Positions 16,750 through 25,738 of a stretch of DNA of 64,000 nucleotides are shown piece by piece. Position 1 is the stretch's first letter; the number at the start of each line of letters is the position of its first letter. This DNA is from Akkermansia muciniphila (GTDB taxonomy: Bacteria; Verrucomicrobiota; Verrucomicrobiia; Limisphaerales; BJHT01), in the NCBI GenBank assembly GCA_945861535.1, contig CAMAUZ010000012.1, positions 11,908-75,907 of the forward strand, read 5' to 3'. The position numbers were made by a program, and so were the translations under genes. The notes below the pieces were generated by a model. It saw only the letters and a program-made list of their open reading frames with translations. It made no database searches and was not told where the DNA came from.

Positions 16750-17817
16750 TCAATCTCCCTTTTTGCCGATGTTCACCTCGAGTTCGCCTTCGCTTTCGAG
16801 GCGGCGGACGACTTCGATGATTTTCATTTGCGAGGTTTCGATGTCGCGCAGTTTGAGCGCGCCCATGAACTGCGATTCCTCGGCGACGGTCTCGGCGGCG
16901 CGCTTGGAGATGCAGCCGAGGAGTTTGTTGCGCAGGAGATCGCTGGCGGTTTTGAGGGCGACGGCGAGGTCGCGCATTTCGACTTCGCGCAGGACTTTCT
17001 GGAGCGCGGGCACGTCGAGCGCGGAGAGGTCCTCGAAGGTGAACATCTTCTGGCGGATGGACTGGCTCAGCTCGGGGTTGCGTTCGTCGAGGGCGAAGAG
17101 GATCGATTTGGTGACGTTTTTATCGAGGCTGTTGAGCATGCGCGCGGCGGTCTTGAGGCCGCCGGTTTGATTAAGCGGGCGCGAGCATTCACCGCCGGCC
17201 TTGCGATTGAGGACGGCGACGATGGTCTCGACGACCTCGACGGGAATGGAGGACAACGTGGCGAGGCGCTCGATGACCTGCTCGCGCGTGTCGGGGCGCA
17301 TCATGGTGAAGAGGTCGGCGCTTTTTTCCGGCGAGAGGTAGCTGATGATGAGGGCGACGGTCTGCGGCTGCTCGTGCTTGGTGAGGTTGAAAATCTGGCG
17401 CGCGTCCATGTCGGCGATGTGCTGCATGGCGGCGACGGGGGTGCGCGAGGGCGAGACGCGGCTGAGGATGCTGGAGGCGCGGATGCGGCCGACGGAGCCT
17501 TCGAGGGCGGTCTGGGTGAAATCGACGCCGCCGACGATGGAGGTGCTGGCCCGGGCCGCGACGCCGGTGAACTCGCGCAGGATCTCGTCCTGCAGGTTTT
17601 TGGAAATGATGTTGCACTTGGCCATCTCGACGGAGATGGCCTCGACCTCGTCCTCGCCGAGGTGTTTGAGAATTTGCACGGCACCCTCGGTGCCGAGCAT
17701 GGTGAGGAGCGCGGCGAGCTTCTCGATGCGGGTCAGTTGCGAGGCTTCGGACACCTCGGCGGGGGCATCGGCTTCAGCTTCTACGGGCGGAGCGGGTGGG
17801 GTTTGCGTCGCAGCCAT
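16750..17817 (-). CDS. fliG: Flagellar motor switch protein FliG
   Basis: 355 aa; LTRIEKLAALLTMLGTEGAVQILKHLGEDEVEAISVEM... and the C-terminal charged-helix region are typical of FliG. Confidence 0.9.
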   Translation of the reverse strand: MAATQTPPAPPVEAEADAPAEVSEASQLTRIEKLAALLTMLGTEGAVQILKHLGEDEVEAISVEMAKCNIISKNLQDEILREFTGVAARASTSIVGGVDFTQTALEGSVGRIRASSILSRVSPSRTPVAAMQHIADMDARQIFNLTKHEQPQTVALIISYLSPEKSADLFTMMRPDTREQVIERLATLSSIPVEVVETIVAVLNRKAGGECSRPLNQTGGLKTAARMLNSLDKNVTKSILFALDERNPELSQSIRQKMFTFEDLSALDVPALQKVLREVEMRDLAVALKTASDLLRNKLLGCISKRAAETVAEESQFMGALKLRDIETSQMKIIEVVRRLESEGELEVNIGKKGD

Positions 17818-17876
17818 GGGTGATTTCGGTTTGGGGTTTGGCGGTGAACGGGCGGGCGGCCCGCCCGCGCTCGGGA

Positions 17877-19565
17877 TTATTTTTGCGGGCTGTCGCCGGA
17901 CGGCTTGGGTTGATCGTTGTTGCCGACCAGCCAGGCGCGGATGGCGTGGGTCATGTTCGCCGGGTTTTCGCGGATGAGGCGGTTGAGGGTCTCGGCGGTG
18001 ACGACATCTTCGTGCGGGGCGGGCGGGGTCTCGGGTTCCTGGCTCTTGCCGTTGCCTTTGCCATTGCCATTCCCATGACCATTCCCGTGACCATTGCCAG
18101 TGCCAGTGGCGCTGCCGTTGGGGAAGGCGAGGTTTTCATCCAGCGTGATGCCGATGGGGATGTCGTCGGTCTTGGTCTTGCGCAGGGCGTGGAGGAAGAG
18201 GCCGAGGAAAATCAAAGCCAGCGCGGGTGAACCAAAGGTCTTGAGGAGCGAAGTGATGAACTGGTACTTCTCCTGTTTCTCAATTTTTTCGTTTAGCTCG
18301 ATCACCGGCTGATCGTTGAAGACGACTTCCTCGAGGGTGACTTCGTCGGTGCGATTGGTGTCGATGCCGAGGGCGCTCTGGACGACGAGGCGGAATTTTT
18401 TCAGCTCCTCGGGCGTGCGCGGCTGGGTGACGCGGTTGGTGCCGGTGCCGGTCATGCGGGTGTTGACGAAGACGGCGGCGGAGATGCGTTTGAGCGTGCC
18501 GGCGCCCTGCGCGATCTGGCTGGTGATTTTGTTGACGTCGTAGGTGGTGGTGGCGGTTTTCTTGGCGGTCTTGGAGCCGGTGACGCCGGCGGTGGCGTTG
18601 GTTTCGGGCGTGGTGTTGGGGACGACGCCGGCCGCGCCGCCGGCGTTGTTGCCGGGCGTGGTGCTCTCGGTCTTCTCGTCGTTGATGGTGGAGTTGCGGA
18701 TGACCTGGCCCTCGGGATCGAACTTTTCCTCGGTGCGGGTGATGGTGTCCCAGTTGATGTCGGCGGAAACGCGGGCGACGCTCTGGCCGCTGCCGAGGAC
18801 GAGGGCGAGCATGGTCTCGACTTTTTCGGCGAGATATTTTTCGGCGTTGCGTTTGGCGGTGAGGAGGTTGTTGGACTGGCCGGCGACGGGGTCGTTGTCG
18901 CGGTTCTCGGTGAGCAGGGTGCCGTGGTTGTCCACCACGGAGACATTGTTGGGGGCGAGGCCCTCGACGGAATTGGCGACGAGAAAACGGATGGCGTTGA
19001 CGGTGGCGGGGGGCAGGTCGCCGAGGCCGCGGAGCTTGACCCAGATGGAGGCGGTGGGCTTTTTCTGTTTGTCCACGAGCAGGCGGTTTTCGGGGAGGGT
19101 GATCATGACGCGCGCGCCGGAGACGCCGTCGAGCTGGCCGATGGTGCGGGCGAGTTCGCCCTGGACGGCGCGGAGGAAATTGGCGCGCTGCACGAAGTCG
19201 GAGATGCCGAAGTTGGGTTTGTCGAAGAGTTCCCAGCCGGGGCCTTCGCCGCCGGGGATGCCTTTCATCGCGAGCTGCATGCGGGTTTTGTGAACCTTGT
19301 CGTCGGGGATGTAGATCGCGCCGCCGGTGCGGCTGATGCGGTAGGGAATCTTGGCTTCGTCGAGATGGTTGATGACCTTGGCGGATTCGGTGTCGTCGAG
19401 TTTGCCGTAGAGGAGGGAGAGTTCGGGGCGGCTGGACCAGAAGAGCAGGCTGGCGAGGCCGGCGACGATGGCGAGCGCGCCGATGACGATGCTGATGCGC
19501 TGGTTGAGGCCGAGCTTGGCCCAGATGGCGGAGAGCTGTTTGCCGACTTGGGAGAGGTTGTTCAT
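17877..19565 (-). CDS. fliF: Flagellar M-ring protein FliF
   Basis: 562 aa; N-terminal TM, YscJ/FliF ring domains (LYGKLDDTESAKVINHLDEAKIPYRI...), a second TM, and a C-terminal GNGHGNGHGNGNGKGNGK tract. Confidence 0.9.
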   Translation of the reverse strand: MNNLSQVGKQLSAIWAKLGLNQRISIVIGALAIVAGLASLLFWSSRPELSLLYGKLDDTESAKVINHLDEAKIPYRISRTGGAIYIPDDKVHKTRMQLAMKGIPGGEGPGWELFDKPNFGISDFVQRANFLRAVQGELARTIGQLDGVSGARVMITLPENRLLVDKQKKPTASIWVKLRGLGDLPPATVNAIRFLVANSVEGLAPNNVSVVDNHGTLLTENRDNDPVAGQSNNLLTAKRNAEKYLAEKVETMLALVLGSGQSVARVSADINWDTITRTEEKFDPEGQVIRNSTINDEKTESTTPGNNAGGAAGVVPNTTPETNATAGVTGSKTAKKTATTTYDVNKITSQIAQGAGTLKRISAAVFVNTRMTGTGTNRVTQPRTPEELKKFRLVVQSALGIDTNRTDEVTLEEVVFNDQPVIELNEKIEKQEKYQFITSLLKTFGSPALALIFLGLFLHALRKTKTDDIPIGITLDENLAFPNGSATGTGNGHGNGHGNGNGKGNGKSQEPETPPAPHEDVVTAETLNRLIRENPANMTHAIRAWLVGNNDQPKPSGDSPQK

Positions 19566-19622
19566 GCGGCGGCGGTGGTGTTATCGGCTAGACCGGAACC
19601 AAGCAGGAAGGCGGCTGCTGAT

Positions 19623-19752
19623 GAACCACAGAGACACGATGAACACAGAGAAAAGACCGATTGGTCGGCCGATTCGTGGACATCGCCCAAGGACGGATTG
19701 GAGATAATCAAGCCCGTCGTTTTCTCTGTGTTCATCGTGTCGCTGTGGTTTC
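19623..19752. repeat. MITE-like element R5, copy 1
   Basis: Arms gaaccacagagacacgatgaacacagagaaaa / ttttctctgtgttcatcgtgtcgctgtggtttc flank a about 65-bp core. Copy 2 is at 49914-50045 with a different core. Confidence 0.9.
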
Positions 19753-19780
19753 ATTCGCGGCTTCAACTGCATGGACTTGG

Positions 19781-20167
19781 CTAGATCTGCATCCGCATCA
19801 GCTCTTGGTAGGATTCGAGGAGTTTGTTGCGGACCTCGACCATGAGCTGGAAGGAAACGCCGGCTTCCTCCATGGAAATCATCGCCTGATGGAGCGACAC
19901 GTTGCCGCCGCCGGTCAGGCCGCGCACGGCGTCGCCGGCGGCGGTCTGCTTTTCGTTCACGCCTTGCACGAAGCGCGAGAGGGTGTTCTCGAAGGAACCG
20001 CCGCCGCCGGTTTGATCGACGAATCGGAGCGGGAGGTCGCCATTGACCTTCTGCAATTCAGACGCCGGGATCAGGCCGCCGGACGCGCCGGACGCGTCGA
20101 GGGCTTTGGCCGCGGGCGCGCTGAGAGTGGGCGGGATGAACTGCCGGAAGGCGGAGATGGGTTCCAT
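19781..20167 (-). CDS. fliE: Flagellar hook-basal body complex protein FliE
   Basis: 128 aa; the C-terminal SLHQAMISMEEAGVSFQLMVEVRNKLLESYQELMRMQI is the FliE signature. Confidence 0.8.
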   Translation of the reverse strand: MEPISAFRQFIPPTLSAPAAKALDASGASGGLIPASELQKVNGDLPLRFVDQTGGGGSFENTLSRFVQGVNEKQTAAGDAVRGLTGGGNVSLHQAMISMEEAGVSFQLMVEVRNKLLESYQELMRMQI

Positions 20168-20187
20168 GCGACGGGCGGTTCAGGGGT

Positions 20188-20622
20188 TTACCGTTTGCCG
20201 ATTTGCAGGGCGTGCATGGCCATGCTGCGGGCGTTTTTGACGACGGAGAGATTGGCCTCGAAGGCGCGCGAGGCGGCCATCAGGTCCACCATTTCTTCAT
20301 GAATGTTGACGTTCGGCATGGCGACCATGCCGTCGGCGTTGGCGTCGGGATGGCCGGGAATGCGGGTGAGGCGGAACGGGGTTTGGTCCTTTTCGATGCG
20401 CGCCACCTGGACGCCCTGTGGCAGGGAGCCGCCGCCGCCCAGCGCGGCCTGCTGCTGTCGGAGCAGGGTCTCGAAGACCACGGTCTGACGCCGGTAGGGC
20501 TGGCCGTCGAGGCCGCGCGTGGTGTTGGCGTTGGCGATATTTTGCGAGGTGACCTCGAGCCGGACGCGCTCGGCGTTGAGCGCGGCGGCGGTGCTTTCGA
20601 TGCCGGTGAGGAGTTGGATCAT
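20188..20622 (-). CDS. flgC: Flagellar basal-body rod protein FlgC
   Basis: 144 aa; AAALNAERVRLEVTSQNIANANTTR ... EEMVDLMAASRAFEANLSVV. Confidence 0.9.
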   Translation of the reverse strand: MIQLLTGIESTAAALNAERVRLEVTSQNIANANTTRGLDGQPYRRQTVVFETLLRQQQAALGGGGSLPQGVQVARIEKDQTPFRLTRIPGHPDANADGMVAMPNVNIHEEMVDLMAASRAFEANLSVVKNARSMAMHALQIGKR

Positions 20623-20683
20623 GGCGAAGGTTCGAGTAGCGAAAGGTTGGCGATGCGGTTGCGAGTGCCGATGGCGGCGAAAA

Positions 20684-21064
20684 TCAGGAGCGTCCGGTGA
20701 TGGCGAGGCGGAGTTTCAAGAGGGAGCCGGTGATCAACTGGGTCTCCAGGGAATGGGCGACGAAGTTTTGGTTCTGGTGCAGCAGTTCGGTCTCGAGCTG
20801 GACCGTGTTGCCGTCCAGTCGGTTGGACAGCGCCTTGGCGTCCTGGGCGAGGCGCGGCTGCAGCGAGCGCAGTTGGTGGGCGTCGCCGCCGTTGACGGCC
20901 TGCTGGAGCTGGGCCTCGAAGGCCGGGGCCAGGTCGAGGCGCTTGTAGCCGGGCGTCTCGAGGTTCGCGATGTTGCTGGCGATGGCGTCCTGCCGGACCG
21001 CCGTGGCGTCCAGCATCTTCTTCGCGGCCAGGTAGCCGTTTTGGTTGAACAAGGCGTCGATCAT
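20684..21064 (-). CDS. flgB: Flagellar basal-body rod protein FlgB
   Basis: Internal ATG at 21064 gives MIDALFNQNGYLAAKKMLDATAVRQDAIASNIANLETPGYKR..., the FlgB N-terminus. The longer ORF-track start (21199) runs through the promoter region. Confidence 0.85.
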   Translation of the reverse strand: MIDALFNQNGYLAAKKMLDATAVRQDAIASNIANLETPGYKRLDLAPAFEAQLQQAVNGGDAHQLRSLQPRLAQDAKALSNRLDGNTVQLETELLHQNQNFVAHSLETQLITGSLLKLRLAITGRS

Positions 21065-21091
21065 AACAAAGGACTCGTAGCCGGAAGCGGA

Positions 21092-21106
21092 GCAACGCAT
21101 GTGCCA
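21092..21106 (-). promoter_or_regulatory. Sigma-54 (RpoN) -24/-12 promoter element upstream of flgB
   Basis: The reverse strand reads TGGCAC-ATGCG-TTGC, an exact match to the TGGCAC-N5-TTGC core. TTGC ends 27 nt upstream of the flgB ATG. Confidence 0.65.
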
Positions 21107-21252
21107 CGGAGCGGGGTGGGCGGTTCGCCAATGATTTCGGGGCTTCCGGGGCGGCGGCATTTTTGGCGTGGGAAAATGTTGCCCGGAGGAGCGCGGCATT
21201 TATGCCGCTTGAGCGTGGGAGGTGCGGGCGCGTGCGAACACGCCGGGACGAT

Positions 21253-21362
21253 TGGGTACCGCAGGCGTCCACGCCTGCGCGTTCTCGGGGCGTCTCGCCC
21301 CGAGTCGGTACGCGCGGCGAGACGCCGCCCGAACTCGCAGGCGAGGACGCCTGCGGTACCCA
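21253..21362. repeat. Palindromic element R9
   Basis: tgggtaccgcaggcgtcc (21253-21270) pairs with ggacgcctgcggtaccca (21345-21362). Inner arms are ggggcgtctcgcc / ggcgagacgcc. Confidence 0.75.
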
Positions 21363-21526
21363 GGCTTCAGTCCGTCCGCGCGCCAGGTTCCGCGAAGGAA
21401 CGTCGGCTCATTCCGCGCCGTCTCGGCGCTCGGTTTCTGCCGCGGTCCCCCCGCCACCTCGTGTCACCATTTCCGTCGTCGGTGCGGGACGCCGAATCGA
21501 TAAAAGCCTCGTCAACCGGCGGATTT

Positions 21527-21560
21527 ACAAAACTTTGTCGTATATGCGACAAAGTTTTGT
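21527..21560. promoter_or_regulatory. Perfect AT-rich 14-6-14 palindrome (candidate operator/UAS)
   Basis: acaaaactttgtcg-tatatg-cgacaaagttttgt. Lies in the divergent flgB / rhomboid intergenic region, about 420-470 bp upstream of the sigma-54 element. Confidence 0.4.
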
Positions 21561-21780
21561 AGTGGTTTGGAACCGGGTTTTTCAGTGTTGCTCCTGCCCC
21601 ATCCCGCAGCGCTCGGGGCAAGGGGCGGAGTTGGCCATCGTCTGCCGCTTCGCCTTCTGAGCACGCTGGCACCATGCTGCGCCGTTTCGGTGCTCGGGTT
21701 CGCCTCACGTTGGCGGCTACAGTGGTCGGACGAAAGCGTCGTGGCTCACATGATTCTGAAACCCAATCCCCGAACCGGAT

Positions 21781-21860
21781 TTGGCAAAGGAATGGAGGCA
21801 AAGGAATGAAGACAAAAAGTCTCCCCGTCCCCATTCCTTTGCCTCCATTCCTTTGCCCAA
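21781..21860. repeat. REP family R4, copy 1
   Basis: ttggcaaaggaatggaggcaaaggaatgaagacaaaaagtctccccgtccccattcctttgcctccattcctttgcccaa. An inverted copy is at 42152-42233. Confidence 0.9.
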
Positions 21861-21997
21861 AATTCCCCTGCCCCACTCCCGTGCGTCCATCGGCACCGCG
21901 GCTCTCGGGTTTGCCTCTCTTCGTCTTCTGCCACGCGCGGGATCGGGTTTGGAAAAGGGCGGGGCGCGGATTAGCGTCGCGGCGCGTGATAACTGAG

Positions 21998-22870
21998 ATG
22001 GCGGTCATTCCCGTGCGCAGCCAGAAACAAGCCTTGGATTGGAGCCTCGTGCTCGTGAGCCAGGACATCGGCTGTCGCATCGTGGCACCGGAGACGGATG
22101 GCGATTGGGGGCTGGAGATTGCGCGGGCGGATCTGGCGCGGGCCATCGAGTCGCTGCGGCTGTACAAGGCGGAGAATCGCGGCTGGCGTTGGAGGCAGGA
22201 GATGCCGTGGCCGGGGCTGACGTTTCACTGGGGCGGCGCGGTGTTCGGTTTTTTTCTCCTGCTCCTGCACGCGGCCACGGATCTGGCGTGGCCGGGGTTG
22301 CAGCGCGCGGGGGTGATGGACAGCCAGTTGTTTCGCGCGGGTGAATGGTGGCGGGCGGTGACGGCGGTGACGTTGCACGGGGACACGGCGCATCTGGTGT
22401 CGAATCTAGCGACGGGTTTTTTGCTGCTGGGCTTGGCAATGGCGCGGTTCGGCGCGGGCGCGGGTTTGCTGGCGGCGTTGCTGACGGGGGTGGCGGGAAA
22501 TGTGTTGGGCTTCTGGCTGTACCCGAATCCGTTTCGCGGTCTCGGGGCGTCGGGGATGATCCTGGGTGCGCTGGGGTTGTTGATTTTTCCATCGGCGCGA
22601 ACGGTGGTGGATGGCTGGCCGGCGGCGAAGCGGTTGCTCGGCGGGGCGCTGGCGGGGGTGATGTTGTTCCTGCTGTTTGGCTCGAATCCCAACGCCGATT
22701 GGGTGGCGCATCTGGGCGGGTTTGTCGCCGGGTGCGCGCTGGGCGCGGTGTTGGGCTGGGTGCCGGCGGAACGGCTGCTGGACCGGCGGGTGTCGCGGGC
22801 GTGTCTGGGGGTGTTTGTCGTGCTGGTGGTGGTGGTGTGGGGGGTGGCGCTGAGCGGGCGGGGTGAGTGA
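21998..22870 (+). CDS. Rhomboid-family intramembrane serine protease
   Basis: Start at ATG 21998 (MAVIPVRSQKQ...), because the upstream part of the ORF-track ORF crosses repeat R4. Motifs GEWWRAVTAVTLHGDTAHLVSN, GLGASGMILGALG (Ser) and AHLGGFVAG (His). Confidence 0.85.
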   Translation: MAVIPVRSQKQALDWSLVLVSQDIGCRIVAPETDGDWGLEIARADLARAIESLRLYKAENRGWRWRQEMPWPGLTFHWGGAVFGFFLLLLHAATDLAWPGLQRAGVMDSQLFRAGEWWRAVTAVTLHGDTAHLVSNLATGFLLLGLAMARFGAGAGLLAALLTGVAGNVLGFWLYPNPFRGLGASGMILGALGLLIFPSARTVVDGWPAAKRLLGGALAGVMLFLLFGSNPNADWVAHLGGFVAGCALGAVLGWVPAERLLDRRVSRACLGVFVVLVVVVWGVALSGRGE

Positions 22871-22899
22871 CGGGTGACGGGTGGCGGGAAGCGATCTCG

Positions 22900-23036
22900 G
22901 TAGCGCAGGTTTCCAAACCTGCTGTGTCGCCGACTTCTAAGTCGGCGGCGCGTTGGCCAATTCAGGCGTCCAGAAAAGTCCCGCCGGCCGCAGGTTTAGA
23001 AACCTGCGACACAGCAGGCTTGGAAGCCTGCGCTAC
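22900..23036. repeat. REP family R1, copy 2
   Basis: Near-identical to 2195-2331. Confidence 0.9.
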
Positions 23037-23055
23037 ATGGGGCAGCAGAGCGGCT

Positions 23056-24204
23056 TCAGCGCAGGTTGGCGTCGAGGAGATCGTACGCGCGAAAGCGGAC
23101 TTCGCTGGGGAAATCGTGGGGGCAGTCGGGGTGTTCGACCAGGAGGTTCAGCGGCCGGTTGTAGAGGGAGTAAATTTCGAAGGCGGCGTGGGCGATGTTA
23201 TCCACGCTCTTCCATTTGAAATTGTTGTCGCCGAGCGGGGCGCTGATGAAGCAAACGCGCGGCGCGAGGGCGCCGATCATTTCGTGGAAGTCGAACGGGA
23301 TTTCGGCAAGCCGGCCGTGGTAGTCCGCGAGATACGGCATGTAGCGGGTCTGGCACCAGCCCTTCTCGAGGTCCCACACTTTCGGGTCGCCGCCCATGTA
23401 ATCGAGGTAGGAGTCGAGGCCGCAGCTCGAGACGATGACTTTGATGCGGTCGTCAAAAACGGCGGTGTACACGGCGTTGTGGCCGCCGAGGGAATGGCCG
23501 ACGGCGCCGAAGCCCCGGCGCTTGTCCACGTAGGGCAGCGACTCGAGGAGGTCGAGGCCGCGGACATTGTCCCAGATGGCTTTCATGGTGCCGCTCTGGT
23601 AGCCGAGGGCCTTGATGTCGGGCTGGTATTTGGCGAGCAGCGGGTAGGAGGGCGAGAGGGTGACGTAGCCGCGCAGGGCGAGTTCGTGGGCGTAGGCGCG
23701 GTTTTGTTTGCCGCCGAGGCCGACAACGACCTGGTGGCCGATGTTATTGTCGGTCGGGTGGAGGCACAGGGCGGCGGGAGCCTTGTGCTTGCCGTCGGCG
23801 ACGGACTTGGGGATGCACAGGTAGGCGGGCACGCGCGAGCCAGGCTCGGCGGCGTAGGTGATGAGGAGGCGGAAGTATTCGCCGCAATCGACGCGTTCGT
23901 GAACTTGGGCGTCGAGCGGGACGCGTTTGGCGGAGCCGGGCAGCGGCCCCATGACTTCCTGCATGCCGTTGATGATTTCGCCGCGGCGTTTCTGCCAGTC
24001 GGAGACGCTGCGCACCGGTTTGACCTGGCCGCCGAAACCGTGATAGGTGAGCAGCATTTCGCGATCAAGGCGCGGCAGTTTTGGTGGCGCGGGCTGCTGG
24101 GCGGTGACGGCGGGTTTCGACGAACCGGCGCAGCCGACCCAGAACAGCGAGAGGGTCAGCGTGGAGACGAGGCAGAAATTGCGGACGAGGAATTTCATTT
24201 GCAT
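23056..24204 (-). CDS. Alpha/beta-hydrolase lipoprotein (dienelactone-hydrolase / acetyl-esterase-like)
   Basis: ATG 24204: MQMKFLVRNFCLVSTLTLSLFWVGCAGS (lipobox). Nucleophile elbow GAVGHSLGGHNA. Confidence 0.7.
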   Translation of the reverse strand: MQMKFLVRNFCLVSTLTLSLFWVGCAGSSKPAVTAQQPAPPKLPRLDREMLLTYHGFGGQVKPVRSVSDWQKRRGEIINGMQEVMGPLPGSAKRVPLDAQVHERVDCGEYFRLLITYAAEPGSRVPAYLCIPKSVADGKHKAPAALCLHPTDNNIGHQVVVGLGGKQNRAYAHELALRGYVTLSPSYPLLAKYQPDIKALGYQSGTMKAIWDNVRGLDLLESLPYVDKRRGFGAVGHSLGGHNAVYTAVFDDRIKVIVSSCGLDSYLDYMGGDPKVWDLEKGWCQTRYMPYLADYHGRLAEIPFDFHEMIGALAPRVCFISAPLGDNNFKWKSVDNIAHAAFEIYSLYNRPLNLLVEHPDCPHDFPSEVRFRAYDLLDANLR

Positions 24205-24288
24205 GGGCGGAGACTTGCCCGTGGGCGGAGTGAAATCAACGCGGGAAAGACGCGAAATGCGGCGGCCGCGGTGGTGGGGTGGAAGTTG

Positions 24289-24517
24289 AAAAAGCTCCAA
24301 GGATAAAGCTCAAAGCTCGAGGGAAGCACCAGGGATCAAGGTCCAGTCCGGGCGGGCCGAGGGCGCGTCACTTCGAGTCGTGGCACTGCTCGCGGCGTTT
24401 GTTCGCAACCGTCCGCACCCGCACGGGCAGATTGTCTGGGGAAATGTGCCGACGGTGAAACGGGACGCACCCGAACTGGCGCTTGGAACTTCCCTTAAGC
24501 TTTAAGCTTTGAGCTTT
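24289..24517. repeat. MITE-like element R6, long copy
   Basis: Same terminal arms as 16538-16686 (aaaaagctccaaggataaagctcaaagctcgagggaag ... cttcccttaagctttaagctttgagcttt), with a about 150-bp unrelated core. Confidence 0.85.
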
Positions 24518-24559
24518 GCTCCCCCCCTCGTGCCCGCTGCGGCTGACACTGTCGGCGCG

Positions 24560-25015
24560 TTACTTGAATTTCACCCGGTCCACCTGGCCGCTCGGCGAGA
24601 AGAGGCCCGGCGGCGCGGCCGAGTTGCTGAGGGTCGCGGCGTTATCGAGCGGGAGTTGGAGTGCGATGCGGTTGCTGGATTGACCCGTTTCACCCGCGGC
24701 GACGGTCGCAGGGGTGTTGTCGCCAGTGGCCTCGGGATCGGAATCTTTTTGGAGTCCCGGAGCCAGCAGGATTCCCGTGGTGAGCGCGCCGAGTGCGAGG
24801 AAGCTGAAGGCGATGGCCCAGGCGGGTTTGGTGTGGAAACTGGCGAGCAGTTGCCGCCACCACGGCTCGGGCGCGGCGGCCTGTTCGGCGCGGAGTCGCG
24901 CGGTGATCTGCCCGGGCAGGCGGTCGAGGTAGCCCGGCGGCGGTTGCTCGTGGCGCTTGACGGCGAGGAGCTTCTGCAACCGGGTGAAATCTGGCGGGGC
25001 GGGTTTCATGCTCAC
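24560..25015 (-). CDS. Putative anti-sigma factor (single TM)
   Basis: 151 aa, immediately downstream of the ECF sigma gene. Central TM WAIAFSFLALGALTTGILLAP. Alternative ATG at 25009. Confidence 0.5.
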   Translation of the reverse strand: MSMKPAPPDFTRLQKLLAVKRHEQPPPGYLDRLPGQITARLRAEQAAAPEPWWRQLLASFHTKPAWAIAFSFLALGALTTGILLAPGLQKDSDPEATGDNTPATVAAGETGQSSNRIALQLPLDNAATLSNSAAPPGLFSPSGQVDRVKFK

Positions 25016-25031
25016 GAATGCTCACCAATAC

Positions 25032-25727
25032 TCACTTCAAATAATCTGCCAGCAGGCCCTGCAACAATTGCCGGGCGTAAAACAGCCGGGTTCGCACGGT
25101 GGCGACGTTACACCCGAGGATCTGCGCGATCTCATCATACGACAGGCCTTGTATGTCGTGCATGGTCACCACCAGCCGATGCTTTTCTGACAACTTGAGG
25201 AGCGCCCCGTTCAATTTTTCCTGCAACTCGGCCAGCGCGGCGGCGCGGCGCGGGGTTTGGTCGCCGATCAACTCCTGCAGTTGCGTCTCCGATTCGCCGG
25301 GAAAATCGAGATCGTTCAGGCTCAGGTGCGGCGTGCGGTTGCGCAATTGCTTGCGAAAATTCAGCGCGCGATTGACGGCGACGCGGTAAATCCAGGTGAA
25401 AAAGGAGGAGCCGCCCCGGAAGGATGGGAGCGCGTTGAACCCGCGGATGAACGCCTCCTGCGTGAGATCGTTGGCGTCCTCGTGGTTGGCGGTCATGTGA
25501 TAGAGCAGCCCGTAAATGCGGGACTGATGTCGCCGGATGAGTTCGTCGTAGGCGCTGAGGTCGCCGTCTTGGGCGCGACGGACCAACTCGGCATCCGGCG
25601 GCGTGGGCGGGGCGGTGGTTTCCGCGGCAACGGTGGGCGCCGAGTCAGTCGAAGCAGCCGGGGTGGCGGCGGGTGAAGGCGGAGAATCCGGACCCGGAGG
25701 CTGGGGAGCGGCGGCTGGCAGGCCCAT
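25032..25727 (-). CDS. ECF-type RNA polymerase sigma-70 family factor
   Basis: Region 2 (LIRRHQSRIYGLLYHMTANHEDANDLTQEAFIRGF) and region 4 (LSYDEIAQILGCNVATVRTRLFYARQLL), preceded by a Pro/Ala-rich N-terminal tail. Confidence 0.9.
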   Translation of the reverse strand: MGLPAAAPQPPGPDSPPSPAATPAASTDSAPTVAAETTAPPTPPDAELVRRAQDGDLSAYDELIRRHQSRIYGLLYHMTANHEDANDLTQEAFIRGFNALPSFRGGSSFFTWIYRVAVNRALNFRKQLRNRTPHLSLNDLDFPGESETQLQELIGDQTPRRAAALAELQEKLNGALLKLSEKHRLVVTMHDIQGLSYDEIAQILGCNVATVRTRLFYARQLLQGLLADYLK

Positions 25728-25738
25728 AAGCTGGGGCT

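Noticed and set aside
21673-21690. Second sigma-54-like site (TGGCACCATGCTGCG) before the 21674 ORF
   Set aside because: The GG-to-GC spacing is one nucleotide short of the consensus, and it precedes an ORF start that I reject because it crosses repeat R4.
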